From a virus (lineage: Duplodnaviria > Heunggongvirae > Uroviricota > Caudoviricetes): 64,000 nucleotides of DNA. The translations under genes and the position numbers were made by a program. The notes under the pieces were generated by a model. It saw only the letters and a program-made list of their open reading frames with translations, was not told the DNA's origin and did not search any database. The first letter of the stretch is position 1, and every line of letters begins with the position of its first letter. Location: IMG/VR virus record IMGVR_UViG_3300046810_000041, positions 1 through 64,000 of that record. One strand, written 5' to 3'. Below, piece by piece: positions 62,325-64,000 of this stretch.

Positions 62325-64000
62325 ATGGCTTTGGATCAAGGAATTCAAATCTTCCGCCAGGATCAGACCATTAATATGGATCAGAATAGTAAAGGCGGAG
62401 TGTTTATGGAAGTCCTTACCATGGCTCAAGGCTCCGGAGGATCGAAGACTTATTCTTTGGTTCCCGGAGGTTCTTACTTGAGACTATATGGAGTCACTAC
62501 AAATATGCATTCAATCTCTATTGGCACAGATGCTAATGGAAATGCAGTAGTGACTTGGACTCCTATTAGTACGAATACCCATGTCTTGTACGTTCCGAAT
62601 AGTGTCTACTTTGTATTTGCTACCAAGCTCAAAGAAGACCCTTATGGTGCTACTATCTACGGAGGTGATGGTAGTATTTTGGCAGATTTCAGGTACCCAA
62701 CTCCGCAGTATCTTGGTGTACTTACCCCTAACTCGCAACCTATTCCTACAGATATGGAAGATGGTTATACTCGTTATAATCATACCATTACCTCTAGTTT
62801 AGGCTCTGGCAGAGAACGTTTCTTTGCCGTTTACATGCCAGACTCTGGTGTTGATGATGTATGGTACTCCAACCCCTCTGGTTGTTACATGTCTAAAACA
62901 GTTACAGGAACTTATAGTTTCTCATTCTATGTAATTACCAAGAAGGGTGCTCCATACAAAATCCCAAACATCTTGGTGTATGCGGTAGATGCTCCACCAA
63001 CACCGTCTCCGGACATTTATGGGTTTAGACTATACGATGCAGCTAGTACACTGACATTTGATGCTGGATTGAATAACATCTTTCCAGTAGATAACTTTGC
63101 ATTGTCCTACCCAGAATTTGGAAGTACAAATACGTATGTATCTTCTGCTAGTACTGGTATGGCCTTGACTCTCTCAGAGCATTACGAAGAGTACTATGCG
63201 AGTGGCAAGAAGTATACACTCTTAGGGGCCTGTAAGAGAGTTGGCAATCAAGTTACTTTCAAACAATTCTCAGCAGCTAGTGAGAGCTCGACTGCATTTT
63301 CGAATACAATCAATCGTGATGCAGGATTCTGTGCTGTGTTCGATATGTCTAACTTCACTGCTGCTCCAGCTTTAAGTACTCCTAAAGTAACTCAGCAACC
63401 ATCTGATGCTAATGTAGTATGGGGAACCTCTTATACGCTTACTTGTGCGGCTACTGCATACCCTGATCCAACATATCAGTGGTATAAAGCAGATGTCGCT
63501 ATTCCAGGCGCAGTTAACCCTAGTTATACAATTACTAGCTTCAAAGAGGTTGATATTTCATTGTACAAATGTCATATCACTAACTCGATCGGTGTAGCGG
63601 ATACTCGTTATGCAGCCTTGAATATCTTGCCTGATGGTCAGGTTCCTCAAGTTACTGTGAGTCCTTCGAATGCATCAGGTCATGTTGGTGGTTCTGTCAC
63701 ATTCTCAGCTACCTTCACAGGTACTAACTTGCAGTATTTTGCGATCATTAATAATGGTCCTGAGATTTCAATTCCAGGTCCTTCGTATACGTTTACGAAT
63801 GTCCAATCGAATCAGGATAACACCGCAATTTTCTTCAGAGCTAAGAATACAGTTTACGGACAGCCACAATCAGCAGACTCGTTGTATGCATACATGAGGG
63901 TGGACACTCCGATCACTGTTTCCAATCAGCCAAGTAACTGGTCTGGTGATGCAGGACAGAATATGCACTTTCACTTTGGTGTAAACGGGTACCCTCAACC
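62325..64000 (+). CDS. Tail fibre / receptor-binding protein with Ig-like domains (3'-partial; continues beyond the window)
   Basis: Frame opening at ATG 62325 has no stop to the window end. It contains an I-set Ig-like signature TYQWYKADVAIPGAVNPSYTITSF...YKCHITNSIGVADTRYAALNI. Confidence 0.55.
   Translation, partial: MALDQGIQIFRQDQTINMDQNSKGGVFMEVLTMAQGSGGSKTYSLVPGGSYLRLYGVTTNMHSISIGTDANGNAVVTWTPISTNTHVLYVPNSVYFVFATKLKEDPYGATIYGGDGSILADFRYPTPQYLGVLTPNSQPIPTDMEDGYTRYNHTITSSLGSGRERFFAVYMPDSGVDDVWYSNPSGCYMSKTVTGTYSFSFYVITKKGAPYKIPNILVYAVDAPPTPSPDIYGFRLYDAASTLTFDAGLNNIFPVDNFALSYPEFGSTNTYVSSASTGMALTLSEHYEEYYASGKKYTLLGACKRVGNQVTFKQFSAASESSTAFSNTINRDAGFCAVFDMSNFTAAPALSTPKVTQQPSDANVVWGTSYTLTCAATAYPDPTYQWYKADVAIPGAVNPSYTITSFKEVDISLYKCHITNSIGVADTRYAALNILPDGQVPQVTVSPSNASGHVGGSVTFSATFTGTNLQYFAIINNGPEISIPGPSYTFTNVQSNQDNTAIFFRAKNTVYGQPQSADSLYAYMRVDTPITVSNQPSNWSGDAGQNMHFHFGVNGYPQ

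Noticed and set aside
1-64000. Search for CRISPR arrays, integrase, repressor or attachment-site features, and lysis genes
   Set aside because: No regularly spaced direct repeats with unique spacers. No tyrosine or serine recombinase motifs. No endolysin-type catalytic motifs recognised. Only small two-TM peptides (33644, 11645, 32755, 32937) could be holins, and that is unproven. The lysis cassette is probably outside the window.

Overview
This window is about 64 kb of a tailed dsDNA phage genome, and the genome is longer because the last gene runs off the 3' end. All supported genes lie on the + strand; the long minus-strand ORFs in the track are antisense artefacts. From left to right the window holds: (1) an early region opening with a hairpin plus T17 tract, a host-type extended -10 promoter, and a stand-alone T7-like single-subunit RNA polymerase (430-2706); (2) a T7-like DNA-metabolism module with a gp2.5-like SSB, family-A DNA polymerase, 5'-3' exonuclease (FEN), GIY-YIG endonuclease, gp4-like primase-helicase, class I ribonucleotide reductase (NrdB/NrdA), ATP-dependent DNA ligase, a nucleotidyltransferase-fold protein and a DHH phosphoesterase; within and just beyond it lie six copies of an exact 21-mer (CCAACCCGTTAAATTAACCCT) that looks like a phage-RNAP promoter; (3) a roughly 3.9 kb AT-rich accessory island between two very long perfect hairpin terminators; (4) a small terminase, a cluster of 10 tRNAs mixed with tiny membrane-peptide genes, then a lambda/SPP1-like structural module: large terminase, portal, scaffold, capsid, head-tail proteins, major tail protein, a G/GT tail chaperone with a canonical GGGAAAG -1 frameshift site, a 2916-aa tape measure protein, tail-tip proteins, a lambda-J-like host-specificity protein and an Ig-domain fibre. 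The most striking gene is a 1639-aa structural protein sitting between portal and scaffold. It fuses an N-terminal Mu-F/SPP1-gp7-type minor head domain (PPSHWNCRS motif) to a complete T7/N4-like RNA-polymerase catalytic domain (DxRxRxYD, DxSSSGxQ, KxxxMxxxYG and IHD motifs), with a ParB-like DGYHR segment inserted. That makes it a candidate virion-packaged, injected RNA polymerase in a phage that also encodes a second free RNAP, which would be an N4-like two-polymerase strategy on a siphovirus-like chassis. All calls rest on motif recognition by eye in the translations; no database searches were run.
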